A stretch of DNA of 64,000 nucleotides, from assembly GCA_948607205.1 (NCBI GenBank), contig CAPERS010000002.1, forward strand, positions 68,767 through 132,766. The letters run 5' to 3'. This document shows positions 28,532-37,800 of the stretch, piece by piece. Below the pieces are notes generated by a model. It did not search any database. It was given only the letters and a program-made list of their open reading frames with translations, and was not told where the DNA came from. The position numbers and the translations under genes are program-made. This stretch comes from an uncultured Eubacteriales bacterium (GTDB lineage Bacteria > Bacillota > Clostridia > Christensenellales > UBA1242). Position 1 is the first letter of the stretch, and every line of letters starts with the position of its first letter.

Positions 28532-28753
28532 TGTTTTCCTCCTTTATAAATTTAATATCTTTAACTCGGAAGACCTTGATTTCAAGTTCCTTCGAAGGAT
28601 ATTACGCTTGTAATATTTTGTTGTTTTAATTTGTTTTGTTTAGTTTGTGCCTAAGGCACGACACATGATGCACATAGAAAGCGCATAATGCGCACTGCTT
28701 AAAGCAATACCTAAGGAACGGTGCATAATGCATCTAGTAAGTGCCTAAGGCAC
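28532..28753 (-). promoter_or_regulatory. Hairpin-dense ffh-rpsP spacer (candidate leader or processing element)
   Basis: 220-nt spacer where these genes are normally close. Six short palindromes, each with a central TAA, at 28647-59, 28681-93, 28696-706, 28710-16, 28722-32 and 28741-53. Further hairpins at 28575-86, 28589-98 and 28599-616. Confidence 0.4.
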
Positions 28754-30067
28754 CTAGAAGAGTCCGCGAAGACCTCTGCCATTCTTCATTTGTTTCATCA
28801 TATCTTTGGTCTGCTCAAACTGTTTGAGAAGTTGATTGACCTGCTGAACGCTCGTTCCACTGCCGTTTGCAATGCGTTGACGACGACTTGCTTTGATGAT
28901 TTCTGGGCTACGTCTTTCTTGTGGCGTCATTGACTGAATAATTGCCTTGTTCACCGCAAGTTGATTTTCGTCAATAGTAAGATTTTTAATCTTGCCGGAC
29001 ATTCCCGGAATCATGCCTAAGATATCCTTAATCGAACCCATTTTTTTGAGACTTTCAACCTGAGTGAGATAGTCGTCAAAGGTGAAAGAATTTTCTCTAA
29101 ACTTTTTCTCGATCGCCTTCGCTTCTTCTTCACTGACAGCCTCTTGCGCCTTTTCGATAAGCGACAGCACATCGCCCATTCCTAAAATACGGCTTGCAAT
29201 GCGGTCTGGATAGAAAGGCTCTAAGTCACCAATCTTTTCGCCCACACCGGTGAACTTGATTGGTTTGCCAGTGATTGCTTTGATTGAGAGTGCCGAACCA
29301 CCACGAGTGTCACCATCAAGTTTTGTGAGCACAACGCCAGTGATGTCGAGGTCACGATTGAAACTTTCAGCAACAGTGACAGCGTCCTGACCTGTCATAG
29401 AGTCAACAACAAGCAAGATTTCAGTTGGCTTAACTTCACGCTTGATATCTTGAAGTTCCATCATAAGTTCTTCGTTAATGTGAAGTCTGCCTGCTGTATC
29501 GATGATAACAGTGTCAAGCCCTTGCTTTTTGGCATGGTCGATTGCCTGCTTTGCTGTTTTGACAGGATTTTGAGTTCCTCTTTCAAAAACTTCAACACCT
29601 GCTTGCTTGCCCACAACTTGAAGTTGGTTGATTGCCGCTGGCCTATAAATATCACAGGCAACAAGAAGTGGACGCTTGCCAGATTTCTTCAAGTGCGCGC
29701 CAAGTTTGGCACACATTGTGGTTTTTCCTGCACCTTGAAGACCGCACATCATAATGATTGTCGGTGGTGCTGATGAAATCGTCAATTTTTGATTTTGCGA
29801 AGACATAAGTTCTGTCAGTTCATCGCGCACGATTTTAATAACCTGTTGTGCTGGCGTTAAACTTTTCAAAACTTCATCGCCGACAGCCTTTTCTGAAACT
29901 TTTTTGACAAAGTCTTTTGCGACCATATAATTTACGTCGGCTTCAAGCAGAGCAATTCGGACTTCGCGCATTGCCTCTTTGATTTCAAGTTCGGTCAGTC
30001 TTCCACGCTTTGTAAGTTTTGAAAAGATGTGATTGAACTTATCAGATAATGATGAAAAAAGTGCCAC
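28754..30067 (-). CDS. ffh: Signal recognition particle protein Ffh
   Basis: 437 aa. GLQGAGKTT and DTAGR motifs, Met-rich M domain. TAG stop. Confidence 0.95.
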   Translation of the reverse strand: MALFSSLSDKFNHIFSKLTKRGRLTELEIKEAMREVRIALLEADVNYMVAKDFVKKVSEKAVGDEVLKSLTPAQQVIKIVRDELTELMSSQNQKLTISSAPPTIIMMCGLQGAGKTTMCAKLGAHLKKSGKRPLLVACDIYRPAAINQLQVVGKQAGVEVFERGTQNPVKTAKQAIDHAKKQGLDTVIIDTAGRLHINEELMMELQDIKREVKPTEILLVVDSMTGQDAVTVAESFNRDLDITGVVLTKLDGDTRGGSALSIKAITGKPIKFTGVGEKIGDLEPFYPDRIASRILGMGDVLSLIEKAQEAVSEEEAKAIEKKFRENSFTFDDYLTQVESLKKMGSIKDILGMIPGMSGKIKNLTIDENQLAVNKAIIQSMTPQERRSPEIIKASRRQRIANGSGTSVQQVNQLLKQFEQTKDMMKQMKNGRGLRGLF

Positions 30068-30069
30068 TT

Positions 30070-30348
30070 TTAGTTCTCCTTTTGGCGCCTAAGTGCCTCT
30101 ATCTCATTTGTTAAAGCTTCGACTTTTTCGACAAAGTGCAATCTGCCTTCAAGTTCTTCAAGTTTTTTTATTGCCTTTTTCAAACTATCTTTAACGGCTT
30201 GACGAGAAATATTTTTATTCTCTGCAATCTCACTTCCTGTGAGGTCATAATAGAGATATTCACCAAGCACGTCTTGTTGCGACTGGCTTAATATTGCCCC
30301 ATAAGCATCAAAAAGTTTGCCAAGTTTAATATTTTTCTCAATTTCCAT
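30070..30348 (-). CDS. ylxM: YlxM-family (UPF0122) putative DNA-binding protein
   Basis: 92 aa with a sigma-70 region-4-like HTH. Conserved position directly upstream of ffh. Confidence 0.85.
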   Translation of the reverse strand: MEIEKNIKLGKLFDAYGAILSQSQQDVLGEYLYYDLTGSEIAENKNISRQAVKDSLKKAIKKLEELEGRLHFVEKVEALTNEIEALRRQKEN

Positions 30349-30445
30349 TTTGCACTTTTGTAAAGCAATTTCGCTTTACATTGTCATTCTAACACATTTA
30401 TACAAAAATTGCAAGCAAATTTTCAAAAAAATTTTAATTAAATTA

Positions 30446-30473
30446 TTGACATAAAAATATTTTGTGATATAAT
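30446..30473 (+). promoter_or_regulatory. Putative promoter TTGACA-N16-TATAAT
   Basis: -35 at 30446-30451 and -10 at 30468-30473, about 30 nt upstream of the 30503 mini-ORF. Confidence 0.5.
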
Positions 30474-30502
30474 GGCAATGTCAAAAGTTTAAGGAGAAAA
30501 AT

Positions 30503-30682
30503 ATGGAAGACGGAATAATAAAAAACGAGCACAAAATCAAGATTGAAGAAACACTTGACAGAGATGGAAAACCTGTGATAAGACAAAGTTTTTGCTCTTT
30601 TCACAAAAAGATAACCATGCAAGAAGCAAACGATTTGGTTGCCAAGTTGACAGCACAAATGGAAGAAAATCAATCCAGATAA
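30503..30682 (+). CDS. 59-aa hypothetical protein (below ORF-track cutoff)
   Basis: AAGGAGAAAAAT-ATG; MEDGIIKNEHKIKIEETLDRDGKPVIRQSFCSFHKKITMQEANDLVAKLTAQMEENQSR. Followed by a CCAGAT..ATCTGG hairpin. Confidence 0.5.
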   Translation: MEDGIIKNEHKIKIEETLDRDGKPVIRQSFCSFHKKITMQEANDLVAKLTAQMEENQSR

Positions 30683-30715
30683 ATTCATCTGGTTATTTTT
30701 CTTTAAGGAGAAAAA

Positions 30716-30949
30716 ATGTCGAAATTTAGCAAAATGAGTATTGTAAAAAAGAATTCAGCAAAAGCCAAAAAGCAAGCACCGGTCAAGCCAAAACTCAACC
30801 TCTCTTTTGAGAAAGAAAATTGTGATGACGGACTCACTTGCTCTTGTTGTGTGAAGATAAACATGTTTGAGCCTGACTTTGAAGAAAAGTGGCAAAAATT
30901 TGTGGAAGAATCAACTGATATAACAAAAGATGACGAAATTATAAAATAA
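30716..30949 (+). CDS. 77-aa hypothetical protein, basic N-terminus, Cys cluster (CDDGLTCSCC)
   Basis: AAGGAGAAAAA-ATG RBS. No family recognised. Confidence 0.5.
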   Translation: MSKFSKMSIVKKNSAKAKKQAPVKPKLNLSFEKENCDDGLTCSCCVKINMFEPDFEEKWQKFVEESTDITKDDEIIK

Positions 30950-30960
30950 AACATTTAAAA

Positions 30961-30985
30961 AAAGCACTTTTATTCAAAGTGCTTT
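30961..30985. terminator. Bidirectional intrinsic terminator
   Basis: AAAGCACTTT-TATTC-AAAGTGCTTT hairpin flanked by A and T runs, between convergent small genes. Confidence 0.6.
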
Positions 30986-30990
30986 TAATT

Positions 30991-31224
30991 TTAATATCTT
31001 TCTAAAAAATTCATTATCTCTTCAAATTTTTCATCAATTTGCTTGTTCACAATATGAAAAGTTTCTGCCGATTGTTTCAAGTTTTTGCCAACATTTTCAA
31101 CATTTTTGCAACAATTATAAATTGATGAGATTTGCTTTGAATAACCTTCAAAATTCTCATTTTTATTGTTTGTCTTTTTTCGCTTTGCTCGCCACTTTTT
31201 CATCCACTTATTAAAAAAAGTCAT
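30991..31224 (-). CDS. 77-aa hypothetical basic protein
   Basis: ORF MTFFNKWMKKWRAKRKK... with a GGAG-like RBS (AAAGGAGTTAAGTGAA). No family recognised. Confidence 0.4.
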   Translation of the reverse strand: MTFFNKWMKKWRAKRKKTNNKNENFEGYSKQISSIYNCCKNVENVGKNLKQSAETFHIVNKQIDEKFEEIMNFLERY

Positions 31225-31329
31225 TTCACTTAACTCCTTTATATATAAATATTATATCATACCTATTTTAATTTGTCAAGACTGATTTATTATCATAAGT
31301 CTTCAGTTTTATTAACAAGAAAATCTTAT

Positions 31330-32418
31330 TCATGGCAACAATTTTGAAATAATTTGATTATTGACGCTGTAAAACTTGGGATTTAGGTAAATTTTGCCTT
31401 CTTTTTCATATATTATGCCCTTTTTAAGAAAAGTTTCAAAGTCCTCTTTTTCTGAAATTTTATAGCCAAGTTTCTCAATTTCTTTTATATCAAAACCGAG
31501 ATAACAACGAAGGCCGAGCATGATTTTTTCTTCAATTTTTTCACGATTACCTAAAAATTCAACCTCTTTTTTGCCTTTAAAGTAAGTTTCAAATTTTCCG
31601 CCATTCGTCCAACGTCTATTTCCATAAGTGGAAGTCGCTGATAGCCCGAAACCCAAATAATTTTCGCCAGACCAATATTTCAAATTGTGCCTACTCTCAA
31701 AGCCGATGCGAGCAAAGTTTGAAACTTCATATTGATTAAAATTATATTTTGAAAGAAGTAAAACAAGTTTAGAAAAACTTTCAGCGCAGTCATCCTCGAC
31801 CGGAAGAATTTGTGGATTTTCTTGACACATTTTAAAAAGTGGCGTTCCCTCTTCCACTTGAAGCATATATGAAGAAATATGAGTGACGCCCATGTCAATA
31901 AGTTTTTTTGCGTGAGAGCAAAGCATGCGCGAAGAAACTTTTGGCAAGCCGACAATAAGGTCAGCGCTTATATTTTCAAAACCCACCTTTTTCGCGTTCT
32001 CAATTGCAAGCAAAGCGTCAGACCTTCTATGTTTTCTTCCCAAAAACTTCAAAACATCATCGTTCAAACTTTGAACTCCGAAAGATATCCTATTGAAACC
32101 AATTGAATGATAAGCGTCAAGATTCTCTGGAGTTACGCTATTAGGATTGCACTCAATTGTTATTTCGCTATCTTTCAAAACCTCAAAGTTTTTTCTGATT
32201 GCATCAAGAGTGTCCGCAATATATTTCGGTTCAACAACTGAAGGCGTTCCGCCACCAAAATAGATTGTGTCGACAGTTTGTCCTTTATTTTCTGAATTAT
32301 TTATTTCCTGCAAAAGAAAGGAAAAGTATTTCTCTTGCTCGGCGCAGACAAAGGAAGCAAAATCGCAATAAATGCATTTGCTTTCACAAAATGGAATATG
32401 AACATATATGCCTATCAT
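31330..32418 (-). CDS. hemW: Radical SAM family heme chaperone HemW
   Basis: 362 aa. [13 protein letters not shown] is the CxxxCxxC motif. Start overlaps the lepA stop, and the lepA-hemW order is conserved. Confidence 0.9.
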   Translation of the reverse strand: MIGIYVHIPFCESKCIYCDFASFVCAEQEKYFSFLLQEINNSENKGQTVDTIYFGGGTPSVVEPKYIADTLDAIRKNFEVLKDSEITIECNPNSVTPENLDAYHSIGFNRISFGVQSLNDDVLKFLGRKHRRSDALLAIENAKKVGFENISADLIVGLPKVSSRMLCSHAKKLIDMGVTHISSYMLQVEEGTPLFKMCQENPQILPVEDDCAESFSKLVLLLSKYNFNQYEVSNFARIGFESRHNLKYWSGENYLGFGLSATSTYGNRRWTNGGKFETYFKGKKEVEFLGNREKIEEKIMLGLRCYLGFDIKEIEKLGYKISEKEDFETFLKKGIIYEKEGKIYLNPKFYSVNNQIISKLLP

Positions 32419-34220
32419 TTGTCGTCGTCCAATTTGAGAATTGACATGAACGCCTCAGACGGAATTTCAACTGACCCAATCTGACGCATTTTTTTCTTGC
32501 CCTCTTTTTGTTTTTCAAGAAGTTTGCGCTTTCTTGAAATATCACCGCCATAACACTTTGCAAGCACGTCTTTACGCATTGCAGAGATTGTTTCGCGAGC
32601 GATAATCTTGTTTCCAATCGCAGCCTGAATTGGCACTTCAAAAAGTTGACGAGGAATAATTTTTTTAAGTTTTTCAGCGATTGCTCTTCCGCGAGAATAC
32701 GCTTTATCTTTATGAACAATAAGGCTGAGTGCGTCACATTTGTCGCCGTTTAAAAGGATATCAACACGCACAAGTTCACTTTTTTCAAAGCCTGCCATTT
32801 CATAGTCAAAACTTGCATAGCCTTTTGTGCGCGATTTCAAACTGTCAAAAAAGTCATAGATAATTTCGCCAAGTGGAAGAGTGTAGTCCACCCTAACGCG
32901 TGTTTTATCAAGGTATGTGAGGTCTTTATATGTTCCTCTTTTATCTTGGCAAAGTTCCATGATTGCCCCAACATATTCTGGCGGAGTGAATAGGCTTGCT
33001 TTGACAATTGGCTCTTCGATATAGTCAATTTCCACTTGACTTGGAAGGTCAGACGGATTGGATATGACAATCATCTCCCCATTTGTTTTATGAACATTAT
33101 AGAAAACGCCAGGCGCTGTTGTGATAATATCAAGATTGAATTCGCGTTCAATTCTTTCGGTGATTATTTCAAGATGCAAAAGCCCCAAAAAACCGCAACG
33201 GAAACCAAAGCCAAGAGCGTCTGAAACTTCTGGCTGATATTCAAGACTTGCATCATTGAGTTTGAGTTTTTCAAGTGCATCTTTGAGGTCGTTATATTTC
33301 GCTCCATCAACAGTGAAAATTCCGCAAAAAACAACCGGCTGAACTTTTTTATAACCAGCAAGCGCGTTTTCTGTTGGATTGTTTGCATGAGTTATTGTGT
33401 CGCCGACGGCAACATCTGATATTGTTTTTATTGAACCAGCAAGATAACCAACGTCACCAGCAAGCAAAAATTCAGTTTGCTTTGCAGAAGGTGTGAAAAT
33501 GCCAACTTCGGTAACGTCAAATACCTTGCCAGTTTGCATCATTTTGATTTTGTCGCCAATTTTAACTTTTCCGTCAAAAACACGAATAAGGCAAATTGCG
33601 CCCTTAAAATTGTCATAGTAACTGTCAAATATGAGGCACTTAAGTTTTTCATTCTCATCGCCTTTTGGCGCTGGAAACTCTTTCACAATCATTTCAAGCA
33701 CTTTATCTATGTTTGTGCCGTCTTTGGCAGATATGCATGGTGCATGCATAGCAGGAACGCCAACAATGTCCTCAATCTCATCTTTAACCTCATCAGGTCT
33801 TGCTGATGGCAGGTCGATTTTGTTTATAACTGGCAAAATTTCAAGATTGTTATCGATTGCAAGATATGCGTTTGCAAGAGTTTGAGCCTCAACACCTTGC
33901 GATGCATCAACAATAAGGATTGCACCCTCGCATGCAGTAAGCGAACGAGAAACTTCATAAGTGAAGTCAACATGCCCTGGCGTATCGATAAGATTAAGTG
34001 TGTAGGTTTCGCCTTCAAATTCATAAAGCATACGTGTTGGAGTAAGTTTGATTGTGATTCCCCTCTCGCGTTCAAGTTCCATACTGTCAAGCAGTTGGTC
34101 TTGCATATCACGTTTAGCAAGCGAGCCAGTCAGTTCAATAAGCCTGTCTGCCAGCGTGCTTTTTCCATGGTCGATGTGTGCAACAATGCAAAAGTTGCGG
34201 ATTTTATCTTGTCTATTCAT
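32415..34220 (-). CDS. lepA: Translation elongation factor 4 (LepA)
   Basis: 601 aa. [20 protein letters not shown] with LepA similarity along the full length. Confidence 0.97.
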   Translation of the reverse strand: MNRQDKIRNFCIVAHIDHGKSTLADRLIELTGSLAKRDMQDQLLDSMELERERGITIKLTPTRMLYEFEGETYTLNLIDTPGHVDFTYEVSRSLTACEGAILIVDASQGVEAQTLANAYLAIDNNLEILPVINKIDLPSARPDEVKDEIEDIVGVPAMHAPCISAKDGTNIDKVLEMIVKEFPAPKGDENEKLKCLIFDSYYDNFKGAICLIRVFDGKVKIGDKIKMMQTGKVFDVTEVGIFTPSAKQTEFLLAGDVGYLAGSIKTISDVAVGDTITHANNPTENALAGYKKVQPVVFCGIFTVDGAKYNDLKDALEKLKLNDASLEYQPEVSDALGFGFRCGFLGLLHLEIITERIEREFNLDIITTAPGVFYNVHKTNGEMIVISNPSDLPSQVEIDYIEEPIVKASLFTPPEYVGAIMELCQDKRGTYKDLTYLDKTRVRVDYTLPLGEIIYDFFDSLKSRTKGYASFDYEMAGFEKSELVRVDILLNGDKCDALSLIVHKDKAYSRGRAIAEKLKKIIPRQLFEVPIQAAIGNKIIARETISAMRKDVLAKCYGGDISRKRKLLEKQKEGKKKMRQIGSVEIPSEAFMSILKLDDDK

Positions 34221-34325
34221 AATTATAGATTATACCGATTTTTTGGCGTTTTGGCAATTAATTTTCATGTATAATATTGACAAAAAGATAATTTTATTTT
34301 AAAATAATAATTAATAGGAGTTTAT

Positions 34326-35678
34326 ATGACTGTTAAAGAAAAATTTATTGATTTTTTTAATTTTTCAGATGAAGAATGGCTAAAACTTTCCAAAAAAATC
34401 AACAAAGTTTCAGAAGATACGGCTGAAAAGATGCTGGCGCAGGCTCAATTTTTGAAAGAACGATATAATTTCTCTAATCAAGAAATCAAAAAAATTGTCT
34501 TGGGTCAAGGGTTAATATTAAAACTAACTAAGAAAAATATAATAGCAAAAGAAAAGTTTTATTGTTCTTCTTTTAAATTAAAAAGAACAGATTTCAAACT
34601 GCTTATTTTAAGACACCCTAACATTTTAACTTATAGCACTGATAAAGTTACTTCTTTAACACAATTCATCACAAGTCATTTTGGTCTTAAGCTTGACGAA
34701 GCAAAAAAATCTATTTTAAACAACACAAAACTTCTCGGATTTAACACTGACATATTTGAAGAGCGTTCAAAATATCTTATTTCAAAGTTTGGTTTTAAGC
34801 AATGGCAATTGAAAAACATTTGGAAAAACCTGTCTTCAATTTACATTTATAAAATTGATACTTTGGAAGAAAAGTTCAATTGGCTGGTAAACAAATTTAA
34901 CACATCAGAGGATAAATTCAAAGACTGCATTCGACTTAACCCTCAATTTTTGTTCTATACACCAGAGTTTATTGAACAGAAATGCAACTTCATAAAATCA
35001 ACATTAAAAATTGACACCAATGTTTTAAATGAAAAAATAAATTCATTTGCAAGAGTTTTTGCCCTAAAAGAAGAAACTATTTTATCAAAAATTGAATTTT
35101 ATAAGTCTACTTTCAATTTTTCAGAAGATGAAATTTGCAAACTTTTGACAGCAAATCCAACTTTGTTACATTACGACAAGAAAACAGTCGAACACAAAAT
35201 TGCATTCTATCAAGATAAATTCGGCTTAAGCATTGAACAATTAAAATTGGCGTTTCTTCAAAAAGCGCAACTTTTTGATTTAAATGAAGAATCAGTAGTA
35301 GAAAAAATAATGGCAATTTTGGGCACCAGATTCACAATCGATGATATCGTCGAAAACATTGCTTTACTCACCTCAGGTCCTGCTGACAGTTTCAAACTTC
35401 GTTATGCAATTTGTGCAAACGCAAATGTCAGCAAAGAATCATTCTTGCACAAGAAGATGTATATGCTGAACGAAAGCAAACTTTATGCCAGAGTTAAATT
35501 TCTTAAAGAATCCAAATATCCAAACTTTGCTTGTATAGGTTACTCAAAAAAAGTTTGGGAAAATCAATTCCATATTTCAGACGAAGAACTTCTCAAAAAG
35601 TATATACTTACTGATGATGAAAAGAATGCTCAAATTAAAGAGTTTGAAAACAATCTCACAGATATAGAATCAAGTTAA
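34326..35678 (+). CDS. Helical-repeat protein with about nine 36-aa mTERF-like repeats
   Basis: 450 aa, GGAG RBS. Repeating pattern ..K..F(L/Y)...F(G/N)(L/F)S...(I/L)K.....P.(L/I)L.Y......., e.g. FNFSEDEICKLLTANPTLLHYDKKTVEHKIAFYQDKFGLSIEQLK. Confidence 0.65.
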   Translation: MTVKEKFIDFFNFSDEEWLKLSKKINKVSEDTAEKMLAQAQFLKERYNFSNQEIKKIVLGQGLILKLTKKNIIAKEKFYCSSFKLKRTDFKLLILRHPNILTYSTDKVTSLTQFITSHFGLKLDEAKKSILNNTKLLGFNTDIFEERSKYLISKFGFKQWQLKNIWKNLSSIYIYKIDTLEEKFNWLVNKFNTSEDKFKDCIRLNPQFLFYTPEFIEQKCNFIKSTLKIDTNVLNEKINSFARVFALKEETILSKIEFYKSTFNFSEDEICKLLTANPTLLHYDKKTVEHKIAFYQDKFGLSIEQLKLAFLQKAQLFDLNEESVVEKIMAILGTRFTIDDIVENIALLTSGPADSFKLRYAICANANVSKESFLHKKMYMLNESKLYARVKFLKESKYPNFACIGYSKKVWENQFHISDEELLKKYILTDDEKNAQIKEFENNLTDIESS

Positions 35679-35869
35679 CAAAAAAAAGTTAATAATAATT
35701 CTTAACACTTCAAAGAAACTTTCGCAAAGCGAACTCAAATTAAGCAAAATTTCATTTTGCTTTTTTTGTTTTGTATGCTATAATGAGCATACGTGCAAGT
35801 GAAAAGTGATAAATATCTCACTTTTGCATAAAATATTTTATAATGGCAGAAAAAGGCGGAAAAATTTTT

Positions 35870-36598
35870 ATGGATATATTCAAATCTTGGCTGGTTGAAA
35901 CACCGATTGCTCATCGTGGTCTTCATGATAAAAATGCACCAGAAAACTCTATTCCTGCATTCAAAAATGCAATCGAAAATGGCTATGCAATTGAACTTGA
36001 CGTTCAAATGCTTTCAGATGGAACGGTTATTGTTTTTCATGACAACTCACTTTCAAGGCTGACAAACAATGATGGCTATATCAAGTTTTTGACCAAGGCA
36101 GACCTTGACATGCTCACACTCAATGGAAGCAAAGAAAAAATCCCAACCTTTGAAGAGGTGCTTCAATTTGTTGACGGAAAAACTCCACTTCTTATTGAAA
36201 TCAAAAACCAAGACAAAGTTGGCGAACTTGAAAACAAAGTTATCGAACTTTTGAAAAATTATAAAGGTCAATTTGCAATCCAATCTTTCAATCCTTTTGT
36301 GCTTCAATATTTCTATAAACATGCACCAAACATCCAAAGAGGTCAACTTGCGAGTTTCTTTAAAAAAGAGAAACTTCCGTTCATTCAAAAGTTTTTCCTC
36401 AAAAGACTTGCACTTTGCAAAAAAGTTAGTCATCCTGATTTTATTTCCTATGACACGCGTTCTCTTCCAAACAGATATGTCAAAAAATTTAAAGATAAAC
36501 CTCTTCTCGCATGGACGGTTAAAAATCAAAGCGAATATATGAGGGTTGTGAAATATTGCGACAATGTTATCTTCGAAGACTTTGAACCTAAAATCTAA
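35870..36598 (+). CDS. Glycerophosphodiester phosphodiesterase family protein
   Basis: IAHRGLHDKNAPENSIPAF...ELDVQMLSDGTVIVFHD are GDPD motifs. Start could be 35843 or 35870. Confidence 0.85.
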   Translation: MDIFKSWLVETPIAHRGLHDKNAPENSIPAFKNAIENGYAIELDVQMLSDGTVIVFHDNSLSRLTNNDGYIKFLTKADLDMLTLNGSKEKIPTFEEVLQFVDGKTPLLIEIKNQDKVGELENKVIELLKNYKGQFAIQSFNPFVLQYFYKHAPNIQRGQLASFFKKEKLPFIQKFFLKRLALCKKVSHPDFISYDTRSLPNRYVKKFKDKPLLAWTVKNQSEYMRVVKYCDNVIFEDFEPKI

Positions 36599-36658
36599 AT
36601 CATCATCGCTTATATATCTTTATAGACAAAAAAAGAGAGCTTTATTAACTCTCTTTTA

Positions 36659-37201
36659 TTAATTTTTCTCAATCAAATACGTAACGCTCTTGCTTCCATA
36701 ATCCTTGCTTGTTTCAATTGAAAAAAGCGAAAAGTCAATTTTTTCGTCTTTCGCGTGCTCGGCAACGATAACTCCACCTTCAGATAGAAGTCGATATTCG
36801 CAAATCAAACTTAATGCTTTTTCATAAAGTCCTGCCTTATATGGAGGGTCAAGGATTATGATATCAAACTTTTCACCTTTAAGCCTTGCCAGCGCCACAT
36901 CAAAACTCGCTCTTAAAACCTCTGCATCAATATTTAGATTTTTTAAGTTTGCTTTGGTAAGGTTCACACTTCGATAATCCTTGTCAACAAAAACCACCCG
37001 ACTTGCTCCGCGAGAAATTGCTTCAATTCCAAGCGCACCTGTTCCACAGAAAAGGTCAAGCACAGACGAAGATGAAATTTTGAATGCAAGTTTATTAAAA
37101 ATTGCTTGTTTGACAATGTCTGCTGTTGGTCTTATATGGTCAAAAGTGTTAGTCAACAATTTTCTACCCTTAAATTGTCCTGCTGTTACTCTCATAAACA
37201 T
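36659..37201 (-). CDS. rsmD: 16S rRNA (guanine966-N2)-methyltransferase RsmD
   Basis: MRVTAGQFKGRKL, DLFCGTGALGIEA and ILDPPY motifs. Confidence 0.88.
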   Translation of the reverse strand: MFMRVTAGQFKGRKLLTNTFDHIRPTADIVKQAIFNKLAFKISSSSVLDLFCGTGALGIEAISRGASRVVFVDKDYRSVNLTKANLKNLNIDAEVLRASFDVALARLKGEKFDIIILDPPYKAGLYEKALSLICEYRLLSEGGVIVAEHAKDEKIDFSLFSIETSKDYGSKSVTYLIEKN

Positions 37202-37397
37202 ATTATATCAAAAAATTTTAAAAATTAAAAACAAATTTAAAAATATGTAAAACAATCTAATTAAATAGCAAAAAACAATAAAAAAGGCTTATTTTTGATA
37301 AATTTGAAAAAGTTTGACGCAATTGTTTCGTCATTCTTTTAATAATTTTGCAAAAATATGTAAAATAAAAATATTTAACTTAGGAGGAAAAAATATA

Positions 37398-37592
37398 ATG
37401 AAAAAAGAATATCCAAGATATACCTTGCGAATACCCAAATCGATGCTTAAAAAAATTGCATACATAGCCGATTTTAATGGCAGAACAACAAATAAGCAAA
37501 TTGAAATTCTTATTCGCAAGAAAGTTGATGAACACGAAAGATGTTATGGGCTTATTGAATTTGAAAAAGAAATTGACGAAAAGGAAGATTAA
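37398..37592 (+). CDS. Ribbon-helix-helix (Arc/CopG-type) DNA-binding protein
   Basis: Start at ATG 37398 after TAGGAGGA. YTLRIPKSMLKKIAYIADFNGRTTNKQIEILIRK fits an RHH beta-strand plus two helices. Confidence 0.6.
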   Translation: MKKEYPRYTLRIPKSMLKKIAYIADFNGRTTNKQIEILIRKKVDEHERCYGLIEFEKEIDEKED

Positions 37593-37606
37593 TTTTGTCA
37601 AATTGA

Positions 37607-37635
37607 TTGACATTTTATCTTTTTTTATGTATAAT
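37607..37635 (+). promoter_or_regulatory. Promoter TTGACA-N17-TATAAT for tRNA-Lys
   Basis: Consensus -35 (37607-37612) and -10 (37630-37635), about 45 nt upstream of the tRNA. Confidence 0.6.
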
Positions 37636-37681
37636 TCTCATTGTAAACTTTGAGTTATGGCTTTTTTAGACTTATAGTTAT

Positions 37682-37757
37682 GGACTGCTAGCTCAGTTGG
37701 TAGAGCATCTGACTCTTAATCAGAGGGTCCGGGGTTCGAGCCCCCGGCAGTCCACCA
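37682..37757 (+). tRNA. tRNA-Lys (anticodon CTT), CCA encoded
   Basis: GGACTGC/GCAGTCC acceptor stem, GCTC/GAGC D-stem, anticodon loop CTCTTAA, CGGGG-TTCGAGC-CCCCG T-arm. 76 nt. Confidence 0.95.
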
Positions 37758-37765
37758 GAAAAAAA

Positions 37766-37788
37766 ACAGACCTAATGGTCTGTTTTTT
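37766..37788 (+). terminator. Intrinsic terminator after tRNA-Lys
   Basis: ACAGACC-TAAT-GGTCTGT followed by a T-run. Confidence 0.7.
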
Positions 37789-37800
37789 GTTTTATCTTTG

